DNA of 64,000 nucleotides from Phallusia mammillata (lineage: Eukaryota): contig OZ281501.1 in the NCBI GenBank assembly GCA_965637545.1, positions 15,128,001 through 15,192,000 on the forward strand, read 5' to 3'. Shown one piece after another: positions 13,240-27,122 of the stretch; the stretch's first letter is position 1, and every line of letters starts with the position of its first letter. A model generated the notes under the pieces. It did no database searches and had not been told where the DNA came from. It was given only the letters and a program-made list of their open reading frames with translations. Both the position numbers and the translations under genes were made by a program.

Positions 13240-13855
13240 GTTTACAGGCTATTGCTAACTCAAAATTTTGATTTTTGGTTGGTTTCCAAAGCTAGCTTGT
13301 CTCATTAACCACGTTTAAAGTCAATGCATCTAATACTGGTTCAATTCTTTTTTTTCGACAGCATTATCAAAACAGTGTGTTTATAAAAAAACAGTCACTT
13401 ATTAACATTCAGGCCCTTTCGAAAACAGTAGTTGCGCATTTAACAGAAGTACAGCGATAAGGTACGTTGCATTTAAAGACCGAAGTGAAATGTCAGGAAA
13501 CACATTCCTTGCAACCTATACTTGTTCATTTCCTCAGTTGCTCCGTGCAGTAAGTTGTTAGGGTTCAAGTCGAACATGCTTGCTTTTGGTCCCAGTCAAA
13601 ACATTTGCAGTGTACAAAGCATGTAGTTTAGTGCAGTTGTGTATGATATTGAGGCGAGATATTTAAGCACGTACGAGGGGTGGTAATTTTTATTCACATC
13701 TGATTTGTATTTGCGACCCCTTTACCTGGAAGACAGACTGTCTTAATCTTTTGACGTTTTCAATTAGGGGTGGCATTTGTAAGTTATATCTGATGCCTCG
13801 TTAATGTGTTTTAATGCGTATGAATTCCTTTGTATGCTAAGCGATATTACAAATA

Positions 13856-14088
13856 GATGGTTTTGCCAAACTGTTTTGGTCTGTGGCCCAAATGTCTAGG
13901 CTCACCACGTGCTGTAAATTTGGGCACAAACAAATAAAAATTAACTCAAAAACAGGCGAAATGGTTTCTAGCAATTTATTTTCTGCAGTATAACAAAACA
14001 GTAGAATCTGTTCAAATGGCTCTGTAGCCCATTAAAAATGTCTTGGTGGCCGAGTACTAGGCCATGGCCCACAGTTTGGGAACCACTG
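13856..14088. mobile_element. Degenerate hAT MITE
   Basis: Intact right end CAGTTTGGGAACCACTG as in the 998..1403 element, decayed left end GATGGTTTTGCCAAACTG; no matching TSD. Confidence 0.6.
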
Positions 14089-14812
14089 GCCTAGGACAAA
14101 ACGGCGGCCTTAGGGAGTTGCATATTCTGTTTACTAACGTCTTGACCTTTAGATTCAGAGCCAGGTGAAATCAGCCATGTTCTTTAAAATCGGTAAATAA
14201 ACGCAACCAAATGAACGCAAACTTGCTATATCGGTAATAAAGTATATAATGATGCCACAACCTTTTCTTCGGTAACGAGTGCTCCGAAAATTTGTCGCAT
14301 AATTCTCGGTCCTACGCTGGCCAGCAGTTGGAATTTGTGTGTGAAGGTGTGATAAGGTTGAAAAGCACGAGCAAGCTGTCATACGCCCAATTAAACCCAT
14401 ATCCCTACGCTAAACGAACTTTTGACGTGGTACGCTTCCTTGCCAACCAATGACTGGCGAAGACAATTTGTAAAAAAGCGGATCAGGAAAACGACTGGTA
14501 GAAATGTCACATGTGAGATTTATATTGAACTAAATTCAGTTTCATGAACTGAAGGCATTTGATATTAAAAAATGTTATCACAAGTGTTAGATAGTTCCTT
14601 GTCATATTTCTTGGGCAAAATGTTTGTAGATGCGATTGGGTATAGATGTGATACAAAAATTTTAAATTGAATATTTCCATTTAAGGATTGCCGTCAAGCA
14701 CAATAATGCAGTTTATTTTAAAACTTTTACCGTTTCAAACTTTTCCTAAACATAACGTTTGTGTTTTTGCAGCGGTAATAAACTCGAGGTAGGGAAAACC
14801 CCTGATTTCCTT

Positions 14813-14915
14813 GTTGACGAGTCGGCGTCAGTCAAGCGGAACAGCTTGGCATCTATAACGTCATCACATACGTCACGTACCACGTCAGAGAGTGACGTAT
14901 TCCTTCCCGGACCTG
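14813..14915 (+). promoter_or_regulatory. Dense CRE-like (TGACG/ACGTCA) cluster ending in a GTAAGA donor; candidate internal promoter and non-coding first exon
   Basis: ACGTCA/TGACGT at 14858, 14870, 14882, 14893 plus GCGTCA at 14825; CTG|gtaaga after 14915. Confidence 0.4.
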
Positions 14916-15147
14916 GTAAGAAATAAATGATCAAATTTCAATTGCTACATTATCGTTGATTAATACTTCATATACCTACGTCTTGTCAAATTTTTCTAAA
15001 GCCAACATAAGTTTTGAGAAGTTGATTTAACATGAAATTAACTTAAATCAGATCATTTGTTAGAACCTGGTGCTGAATGAATATAGTATTATTACCAGCC
15101 ATATTTCACAACCTTTCCTCCTTTTTTTCATCCGGCAAATATAAACA

Positions 15148-15243
15148 AGTCATCCGACGTTTCTACGTCCTATCAGAAACGTCTTCATCAGGGTAATGTC
15201 AGCTACCAAACACAGTCGTTCTTAACATTACCCTGATGAAGAC
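15148..15243 (-). mobile_element. Second hammerhead-like motif with 19-bp inverted duplication
   Basis: Minus strand CTGATGA-AGACG...ACGTA-GAAAC-GTC; perfect IR 15181-15199 / 15225-15243. Confidence 0.5.
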
Positions 15244-15320
15244 ACCCCATAACAAAAAAGGAATATGTCTTGGCGAATCTCTGTTTTCTTAGGTTTAACC
15301 TTTGTTATTTTCGTGCCCAG

Positions 15321-15472
15321 CCGTTTCCAGTGACACTGACATGAACATACGTTCGTTGAAATCGCCCCAATTCACACTAAAACCTCAATCAAAAGTAGCA
15401 GAGGAAGGAAAAGGCATCAGCTTCAAATGCAAAGTTTCCGCTCAACCCATGCCCACAGTTGATTGGTACAAG
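15321..15472 (+). CDS. MYLK: Exon 2, Ig1 N-half (AVSSDTDMNIRSLKSPQFTLKPQSK...FKCKVSAQPMPTVDWYK)
   Basis: cccag| acceptor, AAG|gtatgt donor, I-set P.F...C...P.P.V.W pattern. Confidence 0.92.
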
Positions 15473-18400
15473 GTATGTTAAAAAAATCGACTGTAACATT
15501 GCAAGTATGTTAAGATTACCTTAATGGTATGCATGTCGAAACATATAAATGAAAGGAGTACGATTAGTTTTTTTTTGTGTCTCAATTTTCAGTTATTTAC
15601 AAATCGGTTATTTGCTTTTACTTTAAAACTACATTTCCAGCTTTACTAAACTTACATTTCTCAAAGTGAGTGTAAAAAGTTAAGTATAGCAAAGGAAAAA
15701 TAAAGTCTAGATTGAACTGAAATCCACCCACAGTAGAAGTTTTCCCGGTGATTACTGTTTTCTACATCAATATAATTCAAAAAATAGAATCTATTTGAAT
15801 AAGGAACTGAAGATGCCAAAACTTTTTGGTGAAATATATATCTCGTGAAACTATGGTGTTCAACGGTTGATTCTGTTTGGCCTAGAGTTTCATACACTGG
15901 GTTTTGAATTATAGCAAAGGGTGACGGTTTTGAGCTAACGTTTTGTACAGCATCTAGGAAAGGGCGATGTAGGTAAAGATCGTCAGTCGTCACACATAAA
16001 CCTATTTGAATTGTCTACCATTTAACGTAAGTACAGTGTTGGGTTGGCAATTTTAAGTAATGTTAACCAAATAAGTGTTACATTTTGCATCAAAGAATTT
16101 TTACCGCGCTTTGATACCCGCGTAGTTTTTTCTGCTATTATCCATCGCGACATGGGTGGTCCACTTTAGATGAAAACCATGCTATAATTCGGTCATTCAA
16201 CACCGCTAATGCACGCTCCAATAGCTTTTAAGAGTCCAGAGAGATTTCAAATTGGATTTGTTACAAGTATTTGACACATACTATCTTTACCATTGTGATG
16301 TTTTACTGAAAAGAACATGTTAGCTGCAATGTCTCTTCAATTAGAATTGAAGAATTACATAAGACAAACTATATGGACCTAATTTCAAACCTTTACGTGC
16401 TATGTGCGCATAAAGCCCCTGTCGTCAATTATCTAATCATTTGTAAAACGAAACCTGCCCACAGACCTGCACTCAGCCAGTCGATTGCCAAGCGACTTCA
16501 GTTTCAAAGCCCTTGTTTACGTAAGGTGTGGGGGTTTCCCGACAATGCTTTTGTGCTGCGGTGTCCGTTTTCGTGATGCTGATCCCACAGATTAGAATTA
16601 GATGCCTCGACCTTTTCAATGCACTTACCCATAACCGTGTAACAACGACCTGAAATTTTGCTTTCACTTCTTGTTTTTGTTAAGACAAAATTGTTGATGG
16701 CCTTTTTATGAATAAGTTTCTTCTTAACTGGGCAAATGTCTTGGTTTGTGATGTAAAATATGAAAGAGGAACCTTTTATCTTTGCAGACCGAAAAACACT
16801 GTTTTCTTATTATCCATTTATTTAACGACAAAATGTCATTTGTTTTATTTGTTTTGTTGAATATGCAAATAGTTTTGTCATAAAACATATTATCACTTGG
16901 TAAAACAAAAATACACATATATTTAAAAAATATTTGACTGATTTAACCCGTCGTTTTTCGGTTTATTAGTGATTGTTATAAGTAGTTGTTATTATGAAGT
17001 ACACCCCAGGCTGTGAAAACGGCGAAAGAAACACCATTAGTGGTATACTACGGTATACTACCGTTTTTGTCTAAAGTACTATTTATTATTTGTGTATCAG
17101 TACGAGAAAAAGTTCTCTGATTAGTATCAATACTTTATCTCTGCTGAACTTTTGTCGTCTGTTGATGATGCATCACGATGACGTCACAAGTGGTTTGATG
17201 TTTATGCTCAATTGGGTCCATAAGATAGATTCATTTGTCGTAATCCCCTCGCACCGCTGGGTGTAAACTGAACCTCGAAATTGCCCCCGCAACCTATTTA
17301 CCTTTCCGCCAACATTTTCACAACACAATGGAACGATTGTTTTTCTTATACTGACGTCACCCAAACCAGGGAATCTGATGTAAACAAGGGATGACCTCTT
17401 AGACGTTGATGAATTGACGTTATAGGTTAAAAATAGTTTTCATTTGCTTCTGGATGAGTTTAGAACAGTTTACGTCGTTTGTCAGTGATTTAATCATACA
17501 TTTACCACTTTATTTACGTGTAGTTATTGTAGTGATTGAACAGTTTGTGTGCTAAAATGAAAGCTCTAAACCTAAAACGTGTTGCTGTTATTGTTTCTTT
17601 ATTCGCGGGCACTAACAGGTGATTACCACCAAATTTGAAACTCGGCTGGTTTAGGACACAAACTTCGGCCGCTGTTTGGCGCTAGAGCACCTTGTTTCCA
17701 GATTTTGACTCCTGAATATTTGTTAGCGAATACTGGATGTCCTTTTGGTGTGCATAGATATCTAGTCAAAGGGTAATTTGACTATTAAATAACTTTTTTG
17801 TCAATTAATGATTCGTATGTATACTTTTGCGGCACCAAATATTCTTTAAAATGAAAGTAAAAATTGTCAACATTGAAAGTGTGTATGACAAGCTGTGAAA
17901 AAAATTGTAAATGAACACTTTCGTACAATACGTCTACGGAAAATGTTTTAAACTCCTTCTCGAAGTTAGCTTCACATAAATGACTGCAAAACAGCTTTTT
18001 TACGGTTTTGCAACACCTGCTAAGTATCGCTCTTATTATCTGGTGCTCCAGTCCTATGCGCAACCAAGCGTGCAGTGAAAGTGCGCCCTGATTGGTTAAG
18101 CTGCGTCTCGTGACCTTTTCGTGCTGGAAAATTGACGAGGCTTTCACCTTTTGGCCGGCGCTCGTCGCGTGCTTGACATTTTTTGGCCGCTTTTTTGACT
18201 AACTTGCGATGCATGAGCTGCGTTTTCGTCTCGGGATTAAGGAAACTGTAGCTGCCATCAGAGCGACGGGTCTGAGAGATTGCACCTTATCTCGGGCACC
18301 GCTGGCAAAATGGGCATTGGACATGCACTGAAAATATGTTAAGTCGGGGTTTTATGCAGCGTTTCGCTTTTTTGCCGACGGTTGTATGCTGACAAATTCC

Positions 18401-21400
18401 AAATATTAGTCAGGTATCAAGTATAACATTTGACGTGTTTTTATCGTTTTGGAGCGATTGAACATGTCTTGCACTTCAAAACAGTGTCTTTACAATGTCC
18501 ATTTCATTTTAAACATATCGTAATGTGTTCTTTTACAAAGCGAAATACTCAACTGAACACAATTGTTTGTTTTACATTGGCAAATTACTTTGGGTTTTAG
18601 TGATTCCTGGGTATTCTTGTTTAAAAGTTATCCTATGCTATTAGCTCAAAATATTCTCAGTTTTAGACCGTTACTAATCTTTCAAAATTAGAACAAATAA
18701 GTTTAATAAGTTTGTGCTTGCTGAGAGTATTTCCAACCGGGATATGTGTGCCCTACCTAAGGGCTGTATCAGTTAAAATACTTTGAAATATCTCCCTTTT
18801 CCACCGCTGTGGCTTTTCTCTGCGGCGTAACAACAATCCTATTGCGATGAATAGAAAGGGGAAAGATTATCCCAATCTTGAAGCACACGGACAAATAGGG
18901 CCGCATGGGGTGCAAATCCATAAATACCGTATTCCAAGCTGAGCCAAACCCTTGCCTACCAAACAAACAACCGCACTAGACTAGCAAAAAGCTGAAACGG
19001 TGTTGATATTGAAGTACTTGATCTGGGTCGGCGCGAAACAGTCACTTTGCGAGGGCTGTTTGCCGTTAAGGAATTTATATTATAACCGCATTTTCATATT
19101 TGTTGAAACCACTATGTTTGGGACTAGGTTTCAAAATGAACTGATTTGTAGTCATAAGATTTTGGCATTGGTTTCTTCAAGACTTGTTCGGTTCGGATGT
19201 TCTATACACGTATTTATTAAGCGATTTTTTTGGCTTTGTAGCATTATTACAGCTTAAGAGCCCCTTCTCGTGGTGGAATTTTGTAATTTAATGATAAGAT
19301 TCGTGAACAGTGCGAGATTTCAAATGACTTGGAATTATTACTTTTGTCTGTTTTGCATTTGATGTGTGGTTGATTTGGGAATTTGTGCTAAATATTGAAT
19401 CGCAGTTTTGTGTTTTTTGACACTAATTGTTAAGTTTATTATTAACAAATCTTTTGTCAGTCATCCAAATGCATCTTTTCCACATGTCCAGTATATTTGT
19501 CCAAACATGGTATTTGCATTGCTAGCGATTTGCCTTTGCCCTTACATGCTGTACTTAGTAGATGGGAGAAACACATGTTCGGTGTTATTATAGGAAACCC
19601 AAAACACTACGTTCAACCCATTTTAGGCAAAACATTAACTCCACGTGGCAACACTAAGAAACTGTTCACCACAGGAATTTGATGGCTTGTAATTTGACAT
19701 ATGTTGTTTGTTTACTAAGGTATTTTTAACCGATTTAAGACACGGTTACACTAACATAACTTTCACTATGTTTAAAATCATTTAACATGCAGCCTTTTTG
19801 GTCGAATATACCACTCTTAATACCACTGAAATATTCTTAATCGTTCATTAGAAGAAATTGTTTGAGACAAACATATCATCGTAAGTAAATAAGACATATA
19901 TAGTTACATTTTTGCAGGTAATGCTTAGACTTTGCCAATGAGTGCAACTTTACAATAATTTGATGAGCTACATGAATTAATGGTTTGTTATGAAATTTCA
20001 CGAATATGCGATTTGTTGTGAAAGTGTATCTCGGATTTTTTATTCATCTGCTTACGCCTCCTAACATACTGAGTACACTGTTGTTTAACACCCTCAGGCG
20101 GTTTAACCCGGCGAAAGCAGCAAATCAACACTAAACTTGTCGCGCCTTCACGGCTGTTTTAAAACGGTTCAAAGTCACTATCATGGACACTTTGATTTAA
20201 ACATGCTTAAAACAGTAGAACGGTTAACGATTTGTACATATTTTAGCCTGATGAATGCCAGTTATCATTTACTTCAACGACTATTCAGCAAAACACTTTC
20301 CTGATATTTATTTAAAAATTTGACATGGTATATACCTAAACTTTAAACAAACTGTTAAGTTAAGCCACCGTAAAGAGTAAAACTCATCATGTTTCTGTGC
20401 TTTACCATTAACGTTTTCCACGTGATGCATGTTTCACAATACAACGTCGTCTTGTCAGCAAAATCCGTTCAACGTGATCCAAGTAATCTGATGTTTGTTG
20501 TCAGTTACGGTGTCGGCCAAACTCTTCACTACCCTATGTGTGTGGTCGGGCTGTTGGACAGCCAGATAGAGGTTTATTGTGCTGAAATTGACCGTACCCG
20601 CGCGTACAGCCATTGAAAGATGTGTGTATAGTGTGTAAAGCAAAAATTGGCAAATTTTTTTTAAAAAAATTGCAATGTTTCTTCTTAACTCAGTGTGGGA
20701 CAACGTTTTGTGTTGCTAGGTGTTTTTTTGCAAAACCGTTTTTATAGTAGGTAGAACTGTTTAAAACTTCAAATGTCTTCAGACCAATGTATTTGTATGT
20801 TACAATTTCTCTGTAGAGAAGTAAAAAAAATGACCCCGTCTGTGGTGGTACATAAGAGATTTTCCCGTTTCAATGTTAAAAAGATCAAAAAGATCAAGTG
20901 TTGCAATGTAACGGGGACATTTGTAAAGCAACTTCCTGATGAAGAATTCGTTCTTCAGAAACATCAAAGAAATATGCTGTAATATAATGTGCTATTAATC
21001 GACAGGCTTTGTGAAATATACTGTACTCGACATCCCAACCAAATCAAATGGCGACTTACGGCCGTCGTTTACGTTTATATGTCAAATAACTTCATCATGG
21101 CATGACTTGGTACTATTGAAACCATGTGTTTTAGTTTTCCATTGTAACTCACATCACATCGCTTTGCCGTCATCAGCAATCGTAGTTGCGCAGAACTCTG
21201 GTATATTTGCGCAGAACATTCCTCTTTGTGAAAATAACCGCGCGAGGTAAAGTCGATGGAAAGGAATTTCGCCCTTCCACGCATCACTGCTAGCCAAGAG
21301 TTTTTCGTCGGGACCAACCCTCGCGTTTTTCGCTCAAAAATGTCTACAGCGCGACGGGCTCCAGCTTCTTCACCTGATGTGTTTCTTTTTTGCTTGTGCT

Positions 21401-24400
21401 TCGTATTCTAGCGTTGAGTTGAGTTGCTCAAGGCGGTGTGCGCCCGTTCAAACAAGTTCGGCTGGCGATATAGCGTCGGCAAGACCGGAGATTAATTGCA
21501 CGTTCGGCCATTAGCAAACGGTGATTACGGATTCGCTAAAGCTAAAACTTTTCCTATGTAAAGGTGGTGTCTCAGGCTAGGCTTTTATGGCTGTGCATTA
21601 GCCTTACTTGACATTAATTGCTGCCACAAAGGTTTTTGGATGTATTGAAAGGTCGGAGGTGACGGTTTGAAGACTGAAAGAACTGTACAGCATCTATTTG
21701 TAAATTCTTCTTCTTTTCTGGAAAGGTAAGGATGCTAAAGTTGTACAGAATATCATAGCCTGACTCTAATATATTGCAGTAAATCACCATAGAAGCAGGC
21801 CGCATGAAAAAACATCCAAATGCATTATACATGTTTTAAACGCGAAAATCGTTTGTAATTAGGTTAATTTGTGAAATATACACCCCATATGTGAAAAATA
21901 TTGTTTCATTGTCTTCCTAATGTTAAAGCTTTTATCGCAGTAAAATGGATCTTTTTCAAATCACATGTATTTGTGTAGACATAACTTCAGACTCTAGTTT
22001 ATCATTAACTCGTTGTTACAAGATTGTTCAGCTGAGATGTATCGCACGGCACACTATACAAATCATGATCGCTTTATCAAACTAGAGATACAATGCGGCT
22101 TTTATCAAGCTAAACAGTAAATTATTTCTTATGATGTTGTTCTGCCGTGGTTATATGCTTGAAGATTCCAAGTAACATAACACTTTTTCGAGTTTTTTAC
22201 GTCGTTTGCCACATTGCGATTTCTCATTTGCTTTGTGTGTTGTTTGGTATGGGTTAAAAGTATTAAACCTTTCATAGAAGTGTGCGGATTAATGTAAATG
22301 CTTTATCACGTCCGAAACGGTACAATATTTCAGATTAGCGATTTAGCAACCCAGGGTAAATCACTACAAAATCATTGTTCCCTTTTCAAACCAAAGACTA
22401 TGAAAAGCCTTGACCGCCCGAGCGTAACGCCATAATGTTCAGTTCAGCCTGTGCGCTTTAATAAAACCTGGTTTACTGACTGGCTTTTTGGCGACAGGAC
22501 GCCTGACTACTGATGTGGAACCACGCTTGGTAAAACTGGGCGGAAATTTAAGCATCTACAAATATTGTGGTATAATCACTTTGGTTAACCTATTTTTTCA
22601 TAGCGTTGGAATGGTGTACCCGTGGTACATTGAACTTACAACCAATTTTGTTTTGTGGTGTACAAACATATGTACGTCTCATGTGTAAATGTTTTTTTTC
22701 TTCTGTCTGAAATGATTTAGTGCACCTTTCGTGAGGGGTGCATTCTGAATAGTTGTTTAGTTCGGTATCTGATGTTAGATAAAATGTTTGGCTGTTGGAA
22801 AAATCGTTTTTTGGTAATTGGCTCCATATGTGTGTACATTAACAAAAGTTGCGTGAACTTAGTATCCTCTTAACGCGACCCATTACTATCACCTATTAAA
22901 AGGATATTAGATCCAAATAAAAGGGTTCATAGTCTCGGTGTCGGATAACATTACAATACCACTGAGACAGTTGAAACACGACCCAATGCCAAGTAGGGTA
23001 GGATTTAAACTCATTTACGTACGAGCTTGTTTACTAATACTGTCCATGCCGTCATACTATCTAAAACGCAAAAAGTGCAACAGTAACCGTCCTATTAAGA
23101 GGCCACTTGGTCGCCGAACTTGCTGTGCTCGCCCGAGGCGGTTGCATGGACCTTCTCAGTCATTCCTGTGGTTAGGTTACTTTTCTTGCTTTAATGCACG
23201 AGTAGCATTAGCCAGAAAAGTGCGGCTGACGTTGAAAGTCAAGCCCATCATTACAAACCTAGTTTCTCCTTGGCTCTGCCGATAAACTATACACGATTTA
23301 ATGCTTCTCAGGCCTTGTTATAGATCCCTAATGCCCTAAACACTTGGGTAAAAACCGTTAATGTGGCGTTGGCATTCTTGTTTTACAATGTTGGATAATA
23401 CTTTACTGATTTCAGTTATTCAAATTGTTTTTTATAAAAACAACGTTTTTGTCACTAAGAAATTGTTTGTATCTTACGTTGAAAACGCGACTTGTCTTAA
23501 ATTTGGATGCAGAAGGCAATATTATACTGCAACTGTTTGTGCATTTCGTTTACATTCAACATAAATACAGCACACGAACTTGCATTTAACCTCTGGTGCT
23601 TTTTATAATCATGTACTAGTTATTTGGTACAGAAGGTTACCAACTGTTCTAGTCCTTCTATAATGAAGGTCAAAGTGCTTGTGGTTTCTGCTTGGTTTTG
23701 AGACCAAAATGTTTTTCCCTCTGCGTACGCTATTTAATCAAATGTTTTTTCTATTTATTCTGTATGCTTTTGCATTATTTTGTACATTTCATTCGAAAAT
23801 CGGGGCATTTGTCAGCATATTAGATGTTTGGTGCAAATAACCAACGTAATAACTCAGTTAATATTCGAATTTGCCACAAAGTCCAGTCATATGAGTGGGC
23901 TATGAATTGGAAAGTTATTTTACGAGGAACTTTGTAACTAACCACATCCTGGTAATATACACAAAACGCGTCCAGAGAGGGAGACAATCCAAACAAATTT
24001 TCTTTTTGTGTTTATACCCGCTTCGTAGGGGTCAGTAAATCAATTAAATCTTTTCTCTGTGTGGGGGTATAATAAACGTGTGGTTGTTATGTGATAAACC
24101 TAACAACAATTTTGCAACAACAAAAAATGTTTACAAATCCACGTTTCTTCGTAATGATTTACAAAATTCCATAACTTTAACATGGAATGTTTACAAAAGA
24201 GTGACGTTGTCATTATTGTTTTTTTGGTTATTAGTTTTCAGTAACTGAAAGCTGAATATTGTGTGTTAAGCACTGGACTTGCGTTTGGGTTAATACATTT
24301 GTTAATATCCTTGTTAAATAGGCGTTATCAACCTTGCAGTCAAGTTTCTACAGTTTTATTTGCACGAAGTGTCATCCAAGTACATTCCTACCTGACTAAC

Positions 24401-26844
24401 GCTGACCATGACCACGTGTCAAATTTCAACCAATCATAGCCCTAAGCGGCGTTTCAAAGCTCTCTGATCAACGTAATCCGACTGGGCCGTAACTTTTCTG
24501 CTCTTTGTTGTTGTTTTAGGTCTTTTCACGCGCCGGCGAGTTTTAGTGGGCAGCAGAGAATAATTGGGTTGTTGTTGTTTGTTTCCAGTCTCTTGTGCGA
24601 AGGTCTACAGGCAGAGAGAATAAGGTTGCCTATTGTGGATTGTTGTCATGTATGATAACACATTGCTGTTCACTGTAGTTGCGGGATAGTCTGATGCTAA
24701 TAATACAATAGTAAGTTGTTCGTGACAGTTAAGAGATCATTTGATATTTGCATTACTTTTTCGTGTATGCGTTGTTTAAAACATTGCGTAACTACCTTGA
24801 TACTATCAGGTACTAATTCATTTTTGCGCATTTTTGCCAATAATAGTTTATCTGTAGGAACTTTATAAAAAGGAAATGAAGAAGAATTGTTACAGTTGTA
24901 AAAGTACGCGTCTCATCAACAAGTGTATGTAAAAGTATTGAATGCTATTCAAAACGGGTTTTTAATTTTTGTAGCAAATCATTTGATGCAGAAACTGCTT
25001 GTGTTTTTTGCTTGTGTCTATTTGCCGACTTTACCTATAAGCTGAAGAAAACAGTCCAGCGAAAACTTTTCTATTTAAATTAAAAGCCATTGAAGTTCAC
25101 ATCTTTTGTGCAAACTTATCTATGTAATTTGCGTTATTCACCAAATGGTCGTCATGAATCCACAAGCTTTCACCTTATCTAAAAATGCCGCACTTTTGTT
25201 AAACTGTAAGCCCCAACGCAATCAATGTTTCGTTGTATTGGTTTACTTTAAGATAATTCGCCATACATAAGCTTTATCATGGATCCAATTTACGACATAC
25301 TATATCACGTACATTACAACGCATGCTAGCAGACTTTAAAACACGATTCAAAACTTACAAAGTTATCTAGCAGCAACGCAGCATCCCTATAGAGTTGCAA
25401 GGATTTCGTGTAAATGGTGGATAACTGGCATTTTTGGCATTACCTTGCGTGAAATTTGGCCTCCGAAGCGGTCATGCTTTGACCACATGTCAGGTCTTAC
25501 CAAACAAAGTTACGCTTACTCGGCATTATCCCGTACTCCCCGCACTCTAATGCGATTCTCCAGGGCGCATTAATGTCGTCTTGCCCTGTTTTACGCTGTA
25601 CCCAGTAAAGAAGATTTGCTCTGCCCTTTACTAGTGACTTTTCGGTGGCATTTATACAGTTTTTCAGTGCTTAAGATGTTTTGTAGTACTTTTACATTAC
25701 ATAGGTGTGGTTTGCTTTAATGCATGTTACTATAAGTATAACTTGAAATGAATGTTGAAACATATTAGCTCAAAACGTCGACTTAAAAACTTATGCGATT
25801 CTACTTGACTAACTTTTGTACAAATACGTTTTTCCTAGGGTTCACAAGATATTTAACTTGAATATCAAAGGCATGTGTATAAATGTGCTTACTATATTGT
25901 TTTTCAAAGGCCTTTGCAATAGGTGGTATCTAGATAGCATACTGGATGGTTTAATTAGGTGAACAGTTTTTTATTTTAGCAGGAAAATTGTGACCAAAAC
26001 CAAAAAATGTATTTTGCGACGTCGCCTAAATTACAACATACGAGCACACACAAATTTGCTTGTAGCCTTACGGTGGGTACAAGAAAACAATTAAGTCTCC
26101 ACTGAAGCATAGGGTGTCCTTGTTTGTTGTTCAACCAACTAATTCCATTTGTAACAACGCCCTCTCAAGCAACGTATATTTATCACCAAAACAGCGGTTT
26201 GCATCATCAACACACCCTTACGTAATGCAACTTGATCACTTAAACCAGTCTGGGAACTCAAAGCGTTTAGTGCACAATTGTTAAAATGCATGGTGCATAT
26301 ATAGACATCAATACTAAAAGACTAATATTTGCAGCACTTTTTAAATCACACAATAGTCACTGCTTTGTATGTAGTATGTCTATTCAGTTGATTGATAACT
26401 TAAAGGCTTTTGTTATGTTCAGTTATTGGCCTAATTTGTTGCTTCGACATTTGTCTGTTGTTGAAAGTTGCAATTTTTGTATCGGTTGTCAGCTGTAACG
26501 AAACCTCTAGGCCATTTCTTTATACGAACTACAGAACAGCACGAAAAAATTAGGCAAAGCTGACAAAGTGGTATTTAAAGCTTTCCAAATATGTCGTCTA
26601 CATTTTTATTGGATATATCTCTTGCTTAATCCACAAGGTAGACAAGATCTTAACTTATTTAATAACAATAATCAGCAACAAGCATGCACAATCGGCTTAA
26701 ACTATCGCTTGTGTGAACTTTAATCCCCGATAAGTTACAGTTTTTAAAGCAATAACCTGACACAAAAGCTTCTTAAAGTTGTCAAGGCATGGAATGCTAT
26801 TAATTTGAACCATACTGTCGTTTCAAAATGCTCAACAAAAATTT

Positions 26845-26930
26845 TGTTGCAGGCGGGCTCTGGTCTAAAAAGATTAAGTCAACTTCAAAGCTATTCTACC
26901 ACTGCTGTTGCAGGTGGGCTCTGATCTAAT
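26845..26930 (+). repeat. Direct repeat TGTTGCAGG(C/T)GGGCTCTG(G/A)TCTAA x2, 61 bp apart
   Basis: Copies at 26845 and 26906, just upstream of the exon 3 acceptor. Confidence 0.8.
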
Positions 26931-26953
26931 CGGTGTCATTTTACTCGCTGTAG

Positions 26954-27122
26954 GGCGCTGTTAAGCTACGTGGGTCGGAACGTGTGAGAGTCGAGAATCT
27001 TCCATCTGGGGAATCGATTCTTGAACTTGAAGATTTAAGACCAACGGACGCTGGTTCATATCGTTGCGTGGCAACAAACACCGCCGGAAAAGCTTCGTGC
27101 TCTGTGGAATTAATACTTACAG
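26954..27122 (+). CDS. MYLK: Exon 3, Ig1 C-half (GAVKLRGSERVRVENL...DAGSYRCVATNTAGKASCSVELILT)
   Basis: ctgtag| acceptor phase 0, G|gtact donor, D.G.Y.C.A.N..G motif. Confidence 0.93.

Noticed and set aside
17940-18415. GC-rich island with CAG|GTATCA donor as coding exon
   Set aside because: No ATG-initiated frame stays open to the donor; may be regulatory but unsupported.
20936-20970. CTGATGA-AGAATTCGTTCT-TCA-GAAACATC as a hammerhead
   Set aside because: The hairpin TGAAGAA/TTCTTCA sequesters the core GA, extra bases precede GAAA and the 15.2-16.2 pair is absent.
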